Source: Felis catus (lineage: Eukaryota). Taken from it: 64,000 nucleotides of DNA. A program made the translations under genes and the position numbers. This document shows, in pieces, positions 1-13,755 of this stretch. Every line of letters starts with the position of its first letter. The stretch's first letter is position 1. The DNA lies in assembly GCF_018350175.1 (NCBI RefSeq), contig NC_058368.1:1736001-1800000 (forward strand), written 5' to 3'. The notes beneath the pieces are model-generated. The model made no database searches. It saw only the letters and a list, made by a program, of their open reading frames with translations, and had not been told where the DNA came from.

Positions 1-1546
1 GTAGAAAGGTTGCTGCGGTCATTACCACCAAATGTAACTTCTTAGTAGTGGCAGTCATCCAGCCTCTGGCCTCGTGCCCTCACTCTGTCACTCCTGAGTG
101 TAGTACCCTGGGAGGTGGTTTGAGCTTGAAACTGACTTAAAATTACGTGCACGCCCACGGAAGGGGCTCAGTGCAAATACTCAGTGCTGAGGAGCTATTA
201 TTATTATTACTTGATTACGAACTGCATCGAAAAGCAATGGTGTCTGGTTTAGAATATTGAATATCCATTCCAGGATTTTCAGTACTTTGGTTTGTTTTTG
301 TAGAATTAACTTAAGATGAAATGAACTTGTTTTAACTGGTTGAAGTAGAAATGCATTACTCTTTTAAGTGCCAAATTTTGGGTTAAGGTTTTAGCTGTTC
401 AGTGCCAAAACATCAAACAATTCAGAAAAAAAGGCACGCTGACCATCAACTCACACAAAGAGAGCTGTATTCGACCCGTTCCAAGTCTCCAAGGTCAGCC
501 TCTGTATGCTCTGCTGGATAAGCCAGATGAGAGGAGGAATCCTATGCCTGCCTAGTGAGCTGGCTTGCATCGAAAGGCCAGGAAATGCGCAGAACGCATC
601 TGCTTCTCATGTGTATCTGTCCTCAGGAAACAAGAGTGCCTTCTTGTAAGGCATCGTCCATTTCAGCATGATGGTTGCATCTTGTGACTTGAGTACTGTG
701 TTTGTCGTTAAGGTTTCATTTTCAAATCATTTTTATTCACTCTGTGTGATAATAGTTTGCTGCATTTTTTCATTTAATTTTTATCATGTCTTGGGTGTGA
801 ACTTTTCCTGTGAAAATGTATCTCTTAATTTTACACAAATAATTTTATAATGAAAACGAGTAGGATAATATGACTCAGTGAACAGAAATTTCCTTTAAGG
901 TCAACTTTTTGAGGAACCTATTTTTTATAAAGTACACTGTGACCATGTTCTAGTTTTAAAAACTGAAGTTTTAAGATTATAGTCCAAAGACGAGTACGTT
1001 TTTGACCAGAAGACCTTCTCACAGTTTTGCGAGCCTCAGTGGTGTCACAGGCAGAGGGAAGAGCTCATGCCTAGTGCCCAGCGCCTCCGGACGAACGGAA
1101 GATGGCGGCCTAAGGAGGTGAGGCAGGAAAAGCACATGTGAATGCACCTACGTTCAAAGAATCCAGTCAGCAAAATGTAGCTGATGTCTAGGAAGAAAGA
1201 CAGCGAGTATGCCCGGGGCAAAAAAGCCCAGAGAAGCCAGAGGCACTGAGGGCTCTTATTTCTCAAGACAGTCACTCCTGTCTGGTCCAGCCCCCCCGCC
1301 CCTTACCCCAGAAAGCCAAGGAGCAATTTTGCCGGATTCCCCAGAATGTGAGCATTTGGAAGCTGATACGTAACACAAAGTGAGCTTCGGTAGCAGTGAA
1401 TGTTGCCAGAGGGTCGATAGTGCTCACTACAGCACCGAAGCGTTCTCTGGGTCACAGATTGTGAAGAGGTCCCTTTGTGTCAGTCTGCCTTGCTGGTGTC
1501 CCCTGCTAACGGACCGCCTGTTTTCTGGTACAGGGATTCTCTGAGC

Positions 1547-1852
1547 CAGGGGGTCGGCACACTCTTTCTGTGGAGAGCCTGGTGGTAGAGAGCTGGGGCT
1601 CCGGGGCTGTACCTGACACTTGCTGTGTTGCAAAGGCAGGCACGCAGAGGCGACAGGGAAGTGACCGAGTGCGGCTGGCCTCTCTGAAGCTTCAGCTTTG
1701 GACGCTGAAATGTGAATGTCCTATAAATTTCGTGGGTCACAAAATATTTTTCCCAGCCATTTGAAAACGTACAAACTGCTCTTAGCTCACTAGATGTTCA
1801 AGAACAGGGATGGGCCAGGTTTGGCACCCACACTGTAGTTGTGCTAAATCTT
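1547..1852 (+). mobile_element. MER58B-like hAT-Charlie DNA transposon fossil
   Basis: Begins caggggg(t)cggca, carries ctgaaatgtgaat...cttagctc...gggccaggtttggc internally, and ends with a degenerate TIR. Similar to the recalled MER58B consensus. Confidence 0.65.
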
Positions 1853-2189
1853 GTTTTCTTGCTCCAGACCAGACTCTCCATGAATATCCCTGGGGGTGAC
1901 AGGTGGAGACCCGGGGGTTGTCTTCTTGATCAAAGTACTGGTTTTAGCCATCTGATCCAAGCATGCAGCTTGTGCGATAGCAATAAGATTCTGTGTCACT
2001 GAACGTTTCCTCTTAAAGCGGTCTTAGCTGTCCCAGCCACCTCCAAATATGTGGCGCACATGTTAACAGAGCGTATGAGGTTTTGTGTCTTCAACATAAC
2101 ATACTACTTTGCTCTGGCCCTTAGCGTATTGTCCTGCATTTGAGGTCATTGTAATTAATTCCTCAGTGTCTGTGGACCCTTTTTTCCAA

Positions 2190-2610
2190 GTCACTGCATC
2201 TTACATGATCTTGAGCACATTACTTAATCTTTTTGTCACAGTTTCCTCGTCAGTAAAATGGGACCGAAAATAGGACCTACCTAATAGGGTTACTGAGAGG
2301 GAGAGATGCATTAATACATAGAAAGCACTTAAGACAGGGACAGCTGGGTGGCTCAGTCGGTTGAGCATCTGACTCTTGGTTTCGGCTCAGGTCATGATCT
2401 CACGGTTTCATGGGTTGGAGATCCACATCAGGTTCCATGCTGACGGTGCAGAGCCTGCTTGGCATTCTGTCTTCCTGTCTTTCTGCTCCTCCCCGACTCA
2501 CGCTGTTTCTGTCTCTCTCAAAATAAATAAACTTAAAAAAAAAAAAGAAAAGAAAAGAAAGGAAGAAAGCACTTAAGACAGTGCCTGACACAGAAGGCAC
2601 TTGATAAGGG
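2190..2610 (+). mobile_element. MIR element interrupted by a CanSINE
   Basis: MIR core cagtttcctcgtcagtaaaatggg...aaagcacttaagacagtgcctgacaca, split at the SINE TSD. Confidence 0.75.
2337..2563 (+). mobile_element. CanSINE (tRNA-derived)
   Basis: A/B-box head, CT-rich body and A tail. 17-bp TSD agaaagcacttaagaca at 2320-2336 and 2564-2580. Confidence 0.93.
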
Positions 2611-4060
2611 CAATTCCTGTTTGACCAGGGAGACTGTGGGCAGTATCTGAAGTTTTGTTGTCCACATCTGTGTATAGTGAGGGGCCACTCCTCACCTCTA
2701 CTCAACATGTGATCCTGGAGTTTGTTACTTTCAGTGTTTTTCCTACCACCACAAGATCACACTTATCCATGCGTGAAGATAAATGTCAAGTGTACTTCTG
2801 TCTTACCGTAGAGTTTATAGAAAGGTGTTTTTTTTTTTTTAACAAAAATACTAGAAATTGTATATACAAGTGAGTGTTGGTTTTTGAGGTTACCAGTTTG
2901 GAAAACTGACTATTTATTCCAATAATGCTGTTAACCAAAACATTCACTAAAAAAAAAAAATCATGAAACTCTTCTTTTGGGATTTCCATCAGAGGCAAAT
3001 TACAAAAAGCACAGGAAATCCAATCTAAACATTTTACTGATATATGTAATATATGTATTCAAATCTGATAAAATATATAAAACAAATGTATATTACACAT
3101 ATATGTAAAATATATATACACATTTTATATGTACACACGCACACACACATATTCCATCAGTTGTTTTTTTTTTCTTGTATTTCTATCAACAAATAAGCAT
3201 GTATCAAGTTCCTGACCATAGCAGGTATTCAGTAAATACCAATTCCCTTCCAGCTTGTCTTTCTTCCATATGTTTTTCATATACCAGGTACTAAGCATTT
3301 AAGATATACAAAATAGAATTCTGAAAATGTAATAGACCATTTCTCTACTTTGCTCACATCTTCACTGATTCCCTCCACAGCCTCCTTCAACTGAGTGTTA
3401 CCTATTACAGTAGCTACCACAATCACCTTTTCCAATTTTGATACATCCCTGTTAGCTGTTCTGTTGGATAATAATACAATTAGCTCAATAGGAGTAGAGA
3501 GTAAGGGGTGAAGTGAAACTGAGAATCACAGCTGTAACAATATGAAAATGAGGGAAAGTTTTCACAGTAAAATTAGGTCCAAGCAACGGGTCTTGTAAAA
3601 TTATGCGGGATTAAAGCATTTCAGCTGACGATGCCATTCTCTTTTAGATGGTAGGGGTTGGGAAGGTACTTTGGATCCGTAGCTATGCTACGCTGCCCCT
3701 TAACTTTCAAAAGGGGCAGAGGCAAAGGAATATCAGCTTTTTTGTAACAAGAGTATAGATTGCTTACAAGTCTGACTGCAAAATACCTAGAAGTAAATTG
3801 GACAATAGATTCATGCTGAAGGTCTCAAAAGTGCTGTCTGATGTTCTTCCATACTTCTAGATATAAACAAAACTTTCTTTATGCTTAAGGAATAAGAGAA
3901 GATCTTCCATAGTGATTGCATCTTTGTAGGTGCTAAAGTGAGTATTATCTTGGAGAGGGAGGAGAGAGAGAGAGAGAGAGACCAAAAAAAAATTTTTAAT
4001 GTCTAATGGATAGTGAAATCCAGTAAAATGGATAGTTTACAGCTCACCAAAAGAGAATCA

Positions 4061-4275
4061 TTTTAAAAAAATTTTTGTTTATTCATTCTTGAGAGAGTGT
4101 GTGTGACAGAGCATGAGCAGGGGAGGGACAGAGAGAGGAGACACAGAATCCAAAGCAGGCTCCAGGCTCCAAGCTGTCAGCACAGAGCCCAATGCGGGGC
4201 TCGAACTCATGAACCACGAGATCATGACCTGAGCTGAAGTCGGACGCTTAACCAACTGAGTCACCCAGGAGCTCC
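4061..4275 (-). mobile_element. CanSINE (SINEC_Fc-like)
   Basis: Reverse-complement of the CanSINE head and body, including aggctccaggctc..agctgtcagcacagagccc. Confidence 0.9.
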
Positions 4276-4300
4276 AAGAGAATAATTTAAGAAGAGTGAA

Positions 4301-4495
4301 AAACAGAGAACAATCTGAGTGTTGATGGGAGGGTGAGGGAGAGGCATTGAGGAGGGCACTTGTTGGGATGAGCACTGGGTGTCGTATGTAAGCGATGAAC
4401 CGTGGGAATCTACACCAAAAACCAAGAACACACTTTACACACTGTATGTTAGTCAATTTGACAATAAATTATATTTCAAAAAAAAGAAGAAGAAG
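4301..4495 (+). mobile_element. 5'-truncated carnivore L1 3' end
   Basis: gcattgaggagggcacttgttgggatgagcactgggtgtcgtatgta...gacaataaattatatt followed by an A-rich tail. Confidence 0.85.
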
Positions 4496-4517
4496 AAGAG
4501 ATTGAAAAGAGTAAGGG

Positions 4518-4684
4518 GGGCATCTGGGTTGCTCAGTCGGCTAAGTGTCCAACTTCGGCTCAGATCATGATCTCACAGTTTGGGAGTTCGAGCTCCGCGT
4601 CGGGCTCTGTGCTGATGCCTCAGAGCCTGGAGCCTGCTTCAGATTCTGTGTCTCCTCTCTCTGCCCCTTCCCCGCTCATACTCT

Positions 4685-4724
<40 letters not shown>

Positions 4725-4760
4725 AATAAATAAACATTTAAAAACAGGTTTTTTTAAATA
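4518..4760 (+). mobile_element. CanSINE (SINEC_Fc-like)
   Basis: Full-length with (CT)n. TSD gaaaagagtaaggg at 4504-4517 and 4761-4774. Confidence 0.92.
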
Positions 4761-5159
4761 GAAAAGAGTAAGGGACACTGTGTTTGTAACATGTTCAGAG
4801 GGAAAGGGGTAGCACTTTCAAAAAACAAGAAACTGATAGGGGACAGTTGATAGTCTCCCCAGCTTAAGGGAGGGAGTTGGATGTTGGAGAATTATCGGAA
4901 ATGTATCGGTTAATTGGACGTGGAAAACTAAAAAGGCCATAAGAATTTCCAATTAAGATAGTGTGGGTAACCCTGAGGAATGTGGTCTCAGTACGCTGCT
5001 GGAGGCGAAAATCAGATTCCAATGATTTAAAGAGCATATGGGCTGCAGGAAGGTGGACAGCTGTTGTCTCCTGTACGGTAGTAAATATGAAGCAAAATGT
5101 AGCGTTGCCAAGAATTCAAGAAATGTAAATTAAGCTATAAAATTATCAATGATTTTTTT

Positions 5160-5372
5160 TTTATTTTTTTTTCAACGTTTATTTATTTTTGGGACAGAGA
5201 GAGAGCATGAACGGGGGAGGGGCAGAGAGAGAGGGAGACACAGAATCGGAAACAGGCTCCAGGCTCTGAGCCATCAGCCCAGAGCCCGACGCGGGGCTCG
5301 AACTCGCGGACCGCGACATCGTGACCTGGCTCAAGTCGGACTGCTCAACCGACTGTGCCACCCAGGCGCCCC
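5160..5372 (-). mobile_element. Young felid SINE (SINEC_Fc-like)
   Basis: CpG-rich and near the recalled consensus. TSD tcaatgattttttt at 5146-5159 and 5373-5386. Confidence 0.95.
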
Positions 5373-7362
5373 TCAATGATTTTTTTAAAAGGATAATTCT
5401 TTAGGATACCGAGGATGAGATGAGATGGGTATTTTTTTATAAGTTAAGTACTTCTGGTGGGAGCTCTAAGTGGTATGCCTTGTTGGGAATGTTCAGTAAT
5501 CTTCATTAAAGACCTTTAAAATGTCCATATCCTAGATTCAGACAAAGAGCTACATACACACATATATTGATCACATTTTCGGTGACAGAAAACACGAGCA
5601 CGAGCTAAATGTTCAACTGGAAATAATTCCAGGTTTAATTCTGCTCTCTACAGTTGTATCACTCTGTGGCAATTGTTACTGGCAATTGTCTCCACTGTGG
5701 GGACATCTGACATCATGCTTCCTTGCCCAAGCTTTAAGGGAATTATGTTGCCATCAGAAGTCCCGAAGCCTTTGAACATTTAATATTTAATATAACGGCT
5801 TCTGGAGATGATACAACTTTTGAAAAAGAATCTTATTTGCAACTAGAGTGTAGTGAACAACAGTAATTATACAGTGTGGTTTCTCTTTACTTTTTTATAA
5901 TTCATACAAAAGTGTTAAAAGCGTACTGAAATCAATAAAATAGGGAAAAAACAAGAAAATCAGATATTTTATTGGGTTTTTCAAATGCGCTAAAGGTGTG
6001 GCATCATGGAAATTATGTGTAGTAACTGTTTGAGGTAAGAGTCACCGCAGGTGATAAAGGACCTGCGAGGGTGGCCCTGTCCCTTTGCCTCTGCCGCACG
6101 TGGAACAACTCCAGGCACTGAGTACAACACAATTAAGTCCCAGCAGATTTTTAAAATCTTGTTGGTGGCACGAAAGGTAAAGAAATCTATATACTTGTCT
6201 TATTTTCACATTACTCCTGTAAATGTGCTACAGACTCCGTTTTGTAAAATCTTTGCCATAATCTGATTCTGTTTAAAGAATTAACAAAAACGACGTATAT
6301 TGTTTTTCATCTTCTCTCTGTAGTTACTTTCTTCTGCCTTCATTTTATCTACAATTATAAATAATTTTCATACTCTTAACCATATTCTTTCTAAATAAGT
6401 AATGACTGTCTTCCCTTGGAAAGTGAATTCATTTTTATTTGAAGAGAATGTATGGTGAAAGTTGATGTAATCAGCCTCTTAACTTTACTTAATTTGTTCC
6501 ATGAATAGAGCCTATGTTATAAAACTCACTGTTCTACTGGAACAGAAAAGAAACTCTTACATTTTAAAACCTTAACTTTTCTAAAATGTTACAAACAGTT
6601 TACCTTCTTAGTATGAGTTGGCCTTGTAGAAACATTGGTCAAGGCAGGATGTAGTCTCCCTTCTAGCAGAAGTATCATGGGATTTTTCCCAAGTCTCAAG
6701 ATTGCAGCTTGCTTTATAAGACAAGATTATTATAAGACAAGGCTATTCTGGGCATATGAGAAGGGTCTGAAACATGGGGCTATGAAAAGAGATTTTGAGT
6801 TTACTTTGTCTGGATATTTATCATTATTAAGACCGCCATATTCTGTAGAATCTGCCAAGCTGCTAAGCTTGGAATAGCATATGGCAGGAATGCACATGTG
6901 AATACAGCCGTACTTACTCGTGTAAACTCACAGCTGTATGGAAAGTGCCACACTTTACATGGATTCTTTGCCAAAGAGGCATACTTGTAGAATGGGCAAG
7001 GACCAGGCCGGCAATCAGGCAACCTGGGTTTTGCTGATGGCCTTGCCACTAACTGTGAACTCTCGAACAAGTGACTTTACCTCTTTAAGCGTGTTTTCTC
7101 ATATGAAAAATAAAGAGGTCAGACTTAAGTTTTTTAGTTATTCATATGTGTGCTCCTGCTTACTGAAATTATTACTTCTATTTCTGACAGTAAGATGGAC
7201 TGAATATTCAAGGAAACTCCTCCAGGAATAGCACTCCTAAAAGTGGTGAATTGAATATTGGGGGGGGGGGGGGAGAGGGGGGGGGAAGAGGAAGGAAATA
7301 AGAAAATGAAAAAAAAAACTTGTAAATGCGTGGCTGAGTTGGCAAGAAAAAGGGAAATTCTT

Positions 7363-7571
7363 AGGGCGCCTGGATGCCTCAGTCGGTTAATCATCCAGCT
7401 CTTGGTTTTGGCACAGGTCGTGGTCTCGTGGTTCCTGAGATCAAGCGCCCCGTCAGGCTCTGTGCTGACAGGGTGCATCTGCTCGGGATTCTCTCCCTCC
7501 TCCTCCATCTGCCCCCTCCCCCTCTCATTCTCTCTCCCTCTCTCTTAAAATCAGTAAAAAAAAACATTTTT
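7363..7571 (+). mobile_element. CanSINE
   Basis: TSD aagggaaattctt at 7350-7362 and 7572-7584. Confidence 0.9.
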
Positions 7572-8132
7572 AAGGGAAATTCTTTGGAGATTCCAGTGAA
7601 TAGAAAATTTAAACCCAAAGGAGTAAATGCAAGGGCTGGCCTTTGTCCTGGCTACTCCCTAGTGGCCTAGATCCTGGGTCTAGAGGCCATTCATGGGGAA
7701 CAAGAGAGAACAGCCAGGGGCCCCCAAAACGTCAGGAGTCAGATCAAAGAATCCCTTCATAAAGCCAGGACTCCTAATAGGAAATAGTGGCAGTGGGTCA
7801 ACTAGAAAAGAATCCACCCCACAGAGGACGGTTTCCACCTTGGCACTCCTGGAATGCAAAAAACAGGAAAAGCTCCCTGGAAAATCCCTAACCTTAAGCC
7901 CTCAATCACAGAGTTTGGAAGACAGAGTATGTATCACCCGTGTGTGACCTGCGGAACCCCAAGCTGAAAGCTGGGCTTAAGGTGGGACTGTTGGTGCTGC
8001 TCCCAGGTGCCTAGGAGACACAGGCTTAGACCCACTCCGAAGGAGTATGCTGCAGACAAGCCTCAAACCAGGCCTTCAGATGAAGTTACAAAGAACAGGA
8101 ACACACGATGAAAAACAAAGGGCGGGGGTGGG

Positions 8133-9370
8133 GGGGTACCTGGGTGGCTCAGTCAGTTGCACCTCTGACTTTGGCTCAGGTCACAACCTCATGGTTTGTG
8201 AGTTCCAGCACTGCATCGTGCTGTGTGCTGTCGGCACAGAGTCCGCTCAGATCCTGTCTCCCTCGCTGCCCCTCTCCCCCTCAAAAATAAATTTTAAAAA
8301 TTAAATACAATAAAAGTCTTGGGGCTCATGGGTGTTTCAGTCAGTTGACTGTCTGATTTTGGCTCAGGTCATGATCTCATGGTTCATGAGTTCAAGTCCC
8401 ACATTGGTCTCTTGCTGTCAGCGTGGAGCCCACTTCAGATCCTGTGTCCCCCTATCTCTCTGCACCTCCCCCACTCATGTACTCGCTCTCAAAAATAAAC
8501 ATTGAAAAAAGTCTGGATACATGAAGATAAAGCACTATGAATGTTCAACAAAAGAAACTGTAGAATGCAATTTTCAAAGACTAAAGATATTTTTTAAATG
8601 TTAATTTGTTTGTTTGGAGAGGGAGAGAGAGAATCCCAAGCAGGCTCTGTGCTGACAGCACCCCAGAGACTACAGATATTTTAATTATCAGGTGCAAATA
8701 TGTTTTAAGGGGCACCTGGCTGACTCAGTCGGTGGAGCATGTGACTCTTGATCTCAGGGTTGTGAGTTCAAGCCCCACATTGGGTGTAGAGATTGCTTAA
8801 AAATAAAATCCTGGGGCGCCTGGGTGGCTCGGTTAGTTAAGCATCTGACTCTTGGCATTCAGCTCAGGTGATGATCTTGCAGTTCATGAAAATCAGGCCC
8901 CGTGTCGTGCTCTGCACTGACCGCATAGAGCTGCTTGGGATTCCTGCTCTCCTTGCCCACCCCCCATCTCTCTCTCAAGATAAATAAATTTTTTAAAAAT
9001 ATATATATATTTTTTAAGTGACAATATAGGTATCTTTTGTTATCTGAACTCTAGAACTGAATAGATTCAGATAATTTTTTTTAAATGTGGTTGTTATCCT
9101 CAGGTATCTGAATTCTTAAAACACTTAAACACTTGCTATCTACAATTTAAGATTTGGGGAGCCTGTGTGGCTCAGTTGGCTGAGCATCAGACTTCGGCTC
9201 AGGTCGTGATCTCACGGTTCGTGAGTTCGAGCCCTGCGTCAGGCTCTGTGCTGACAGCTCAGAGCCTGGAGCCTGCTGTGGATTCTGTGTCTCCCTCTCT
9301 TTCTGCCTCTCCCCCACTCACATTCTGTCTTTCTCTCTCAAAAATAAACATTAAAAAAATTTTAAAGTAA
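8133..9370. mobile_element. Cluster of about six CanSINEs (8133-8310 +, 8321-8510 +, ~8590-8660 - fragment, 8709-8810 + short tRNA-like, 8813-9000 +, 9155-9370 +)
   Basis: Repeated ggggc(g/a)cctgggtggctcag heads, CT-rich bodies and A tails. Confidence 0.88.
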
Positions 9371-9606
9371 TAATAAACTAAAATTTAAAACTCAACACAG
9401 TTTCCTCACTGTCCAAATTCTCACTATACAATCCCAGAAATCAGATTCAAAATAGTGGGGAATGCTTGTGTGTTTTAAGTATGGCAAAGTGATAAAAGAA
9501 TATAGAAGTTACTAGGCAGATTGGAAAGAACCAAATACAACTTCCAAAAATGAAAATATAATTGAAATTAGAAATTCCTCTATTAAAAAGGTTAGATGGC
9601 TTAAAC

Positions 9607-9792
9607 CAAGGGTTGGAAAACTACAGCCTGCAGATCAAATCTGGCTTGAGCCACCACCTGTTTTTGGCAGTAAAGTTTTCCTGGAGCACAGCCATGCTCA
9701 ATCTGGTTTCATGCTGCAATAGAAACCATATGGCATGCAAAGCATCAAACATTTGCTGTTTGACCCTTTACAGAAAAAGTTTGTTGGCCCTG
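9607..9792 (-). mobile_element. MER58A-like hAT-Charlie fossil
   Basis: caagggttggaaaactacagcctg ... ccctttacagaaaaagtttgttggccctg, with degenerate terminal inverted repeats. Confidence 0.65.
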
Positions 9793-10339
9793 AATAGCTC
9801 ATTAGATCAGATAAAGAGAGAATGCATGACTTGGAAGACAGAGCTGAAAAATTACCCAGAATGCAGGACAGAGGGTCACGGTGATGGAAAATAGGAGAGA
9901 TTAAAGGACATGAAGGATGTAGTGAAAAGATCTAACCTACATATATAATTGGGTGACTCTAACCCACAAACCGTGAGGTCATGACCCGAGCTGAAGTCAG
10001 ACACTTAACTGACTGAGCCACCCAGGCACCCCTATATTGTAGAATTTTTAAAAATCAAGATAAAATGAAATTCCTGGACTACAGTAACATTTAAGGCAGA
10101 GATATAAGTTGTAATAGAATAAAGCATTCAAAGACCTTGGCTTTGTTTGGGAGGAGAGTAAGGTTACTGATTAATTTTAAAATTTGTTACATATATGTGT
10201 TAAAATGCCTAAAATGTTTAGTAAATATAAAAATAATTGAAATGGGATGTGTAGCTTCCAAACTAGTAGAAGGGAAATATTCAAATAAACAGGTAAAACA
10301 GATGTTGTATGTGACTCCAGAAATGTGGACATTAAAAGT

Positions 10340-13300
10340 TTTCCTTTTGATAGATATGTAGCAGTGGAACAAAATATAGTGTCTGGAAATAGACTCATAC
10401 ATAATCAATTAACCTTTAACAAAAATGCAAAAGCAGTTTTATGGAAAGAGGATAGTCTTTTCAATAAGCAGGGCTGGATTTATTGGACATCCACATGTAA
10501 AAAAATTAACGTTGATCAACAAATTACACCATATAGAAAAATTAACTCAAATAGATCATAGCCTAAATATAAAACTGAAAACTGTAAACATGCAGAAGAA
10601 AACACAGGAGAAAATCTTTGTGACTTTGGATTAGCCAAAGATTTCGTAAGATACGACATTAAAAGCATGATCCATAAATTTTTTTTTAATGGATAAATTG
10701 AACTTCATCAAAATTAACGTTTGCTTCTCAAAAGACACACAAGTGAAAAGGCAGGACGCCTGGGTGGCGCAGTTAGTTAAGCATCTGACTCTTGATCTCG
10801 GCTCAGGTCTTGATCTCAGAGTCGTGAGTTCAATCTCTGCACTGGGCTCAATGCTGGGTGTGGATCTTACTTAAAAAAAAAAAAAAGTGAAAGGCAAGCC
10901 AAAATAGAAAATATTTGCAGAACACCTATCTGACAAGGGACTAGAATATAAAAAAAAAGCTCTTACAACTTAATAGTAAGAAAATGACCCAATTTGGTTT
11001 TTGGTTTTTGGGTTTTTTGGATCAGGAAAATATTTGAACAGGCACTTTACTGAGGAAGGTATATGGATAGCCACATATCTGATAAGGCTTAATATTCTAA
11101 AATTTATAAAGAACTTCTACAACTCAGTAACAAAAAAAACATAGACTTTTAAATGAGCTGAAGAACAACTGAATAGACATTCTTCCAAAGGAGGCACACA
11201 GATGGTTAACAGACACATGAAAAAATGTTCAACGTCGCTAATCACCAGAATCACAATGAGTTACCACCTCACACCTGTTAGAATGACTGTCATCAAAATG
11301 ACAAGAGGTAACAAGTGTTGGCAGGGATGTAGAAAAAAGGGAACCCTTGTGCTGTTGATGAGAATGTAAATTGGTGCAGCCACCATGGAAAATAATGTGG
11401 AGACTCTTGAAAATTTTAAAAATAGGGACACCTGGTGGCTCAGTCAGTTCAGCATCCAACTCTTGATCTTGGCTCAGGTTATGATCTCACAGTTTGTGAG
11501 TTTGAGCCCTGTGTCGGGCTCTCTGCTGACAGCGCAGACCCCCCTTGGGATTCTCCCCCGCCCCTCTCGCTCTCTCTCTTTGCACTCCCCCTCTTGTGTT
11601 CACCCTCTCTATAAATAAATAAAATTTAAAATATGTTAAAAATAGGGCACCTAGGTGGCTCAGTCCATTAAGCATCTGACTCTTGGTATCGGCTCAGGTC
11701 ATGATCTCATGGTTTGCGAGTTCAAGCCCCGCATCGGGTTTCTCGCTCTCCCTCTCTCTGCCCTCCTCCACATTCTCTGTCTCTCAAAATAAATAAACTT
11801 TAAAAATTAATTAATTAATAAAAATATATATATTTAAAAGAAAAAATAATAAAAAAAATAAAATAAAATAATCTATTAAAAATACAATGATCATATGATC
11901 CCAACAATCTCACTTCTGGGTATGTATCCAGAGGAAATGAAAACAGGATATTAGTGGGTCATAAAATCAAGTAGTGATCGGGGCATCTGCGTGGCTCAGT
12001 TGATTAAGCATCCAAGTCTCGATCTCGCTTCAAGCTCCTAGTTGGGCTCCTCACTGGCAGTGGGGAGCCTGCATGGGATTCTGTCTCCCTCTCTCACTGC
12101 CTTTCCCCCTGCTCACTCTCTCAAGATAAGTAAACGTTAAAAAAAAGAGGCAGATCTGCACTCCCATATTCACTGCAGCATTATTTACAGTAGCCAAGAT
12201 GCAGAAACTAAGTGTCTGTCAGCAGATGAAAAGATAAAGAAGATGGGGAGTATCTATACAATAGAGTATTGATCACCCATGAGAAATAAGGAAATCCTGC
12301 CATTTGCAACAACATGAATGAAACCTGAAGGCATTATGCTAAGTGAAGTAAGTTGGAAAAAGACAAATACTGTTTGATATCACTTGTATGTGGAATAAAA
12401 GAGCCAATCTTGTAGGAACGGAGAGTAGAATCATGGTCACTGTGGTTACCAGGGGTCGAGGGAGATGTTGGATACAAACTTCCAGTTAGAAAATAAATAA
12501 GTTCTGGGGATCTAATGTACAGCGTTGTGATTACAGTTAACAACACTGTATCATAGGAGCGCCTGGGTGGCTCAGTTGGTTAAGTGTCCAACTCTTGATT
12601 TTGGCTCAGGTCATGATCTCGCGGTTCATGAGTTCAAGCCCCGCATCAGGCTTTGTGCTGACAGTCCAGAGCTGGCTTGGAATTCTCTCTCTCCGTCTCT
12701 CTACCTCTCCCCTGCTCATGCGCACACTCTCTCTCTCTCCCTCTCTCTCTCTCTCCAAATAAATTTTGAAAGTTTATAAAAATTAAAAAAAAAACATTGT
12801 ATTATATACTTAAAAGCTGCTAAGATCTTAAATGTTCTCAGGGCAAAAAAAAAAAAAAAAGATAATATGTGACACGATGGAGGTGTTAACTGGTGCTGTG
12901 GTAGCAACCAAATTGCAACATATACGTGTAGCAAACAGGCAGATTGTATACCATAAGTTTACACAGTGCTATATGTCGGTTACATCTCAGTAAAGCTGGG
13001 GTGGGGTTAATCTCCATAATACATGAATGTTGATATGCCCCCGCCATCACCTCCACAACACCCAAACATACACTCATTCTCTGTACTGCTATAGATTTTG
13101 TATAGATTTATGTTATCCACAGAGATTTAGGAAGGGTAAACACGTATCCTCAACATTCTTGGAAGAATGCACCATATTTATTGTTTAAGATAAACTCTAA
13201 GTTATCGAAACATTTTAACTAAGGGTATACAAATGAAAAATAAGCCCATGAAAAGATGGTCAATCATTAATCACTGGGGAAATGCAGATTAAAACTAGAT

Positions 13301-13700
13301 ACCCAGTAGAATGACTAAAATTAAAAAGACTGTCCATAGCAAGTGATGGTGAGGATGTGGAATAATTGTTACTCTCACTCACTGCTGATGGAATGTAAAA
13401 TGGGACAGCTATTGTAGCAAGTAGTTTGACAGTTTTTTTTAAAGTTAGACATACACTGAACCATACTATCTACCCATTCTACTTCTAGGAATTTACTCGA
13501 GAGAAACTAAAGTATGTGCCCACACAAAGACTTGTACACAAATTATCCATAGCAGCTTTATTTCAAATAGCCCCAAACTGGAAGCAACACGTAAGTCATC
13601 AACAGGGGACTGGATAAACTGTGACGTATCTGTACAGCTCCTCAGCAATTGAATGGAAGGATACATACAACAACATAGCTGAATCTCTGCTGAGTGAAAG
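10340..13700 (+). mobile_element. Old L1 ORF2-3'/3'UTR fragments (L1M-type, nested) interrupted by CanSINEs (~10751-10885, 11424-11625, 11644-11810, 11980-12145, 12556-12794)
   Basis: L1 hallmarks ggaaagaggatagtcttttcaataa, accacctcacacctgttagaatg, aaattggtgcagccaccatggaaaa and gaaatcctgccatttgcaacaacatg. The degraded ORF at 10325-10561 resembles ORF2p. Confidence 0.85.
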
Positions 13701-13755
13701 CTTCGAGAGTCGGATGCTGTGGCTGGTTGAGCTGTTACTGAAAGTGAGGCATTCA

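Noticed and set aside
8709..8810. tRNA-Lys(CTT)-like sequence (similar ones at 17961-18075 and 62218-62328)
   Set aside because: It has the ggggc(a/g)cctgg SINE leader, a tagagatt(g/a)ctt + A-rich tail and stem mismatches. These are short tRNA-derived CanSINEs, not tRNA genes.
2376..9370. Recurrent short ORFs of the type ...SAQVMISRFVSSSPASGSVLTAQSLEPASDSVSPSLS...
   Set aside because: These are translations of CanSINE copies, not a gene family.
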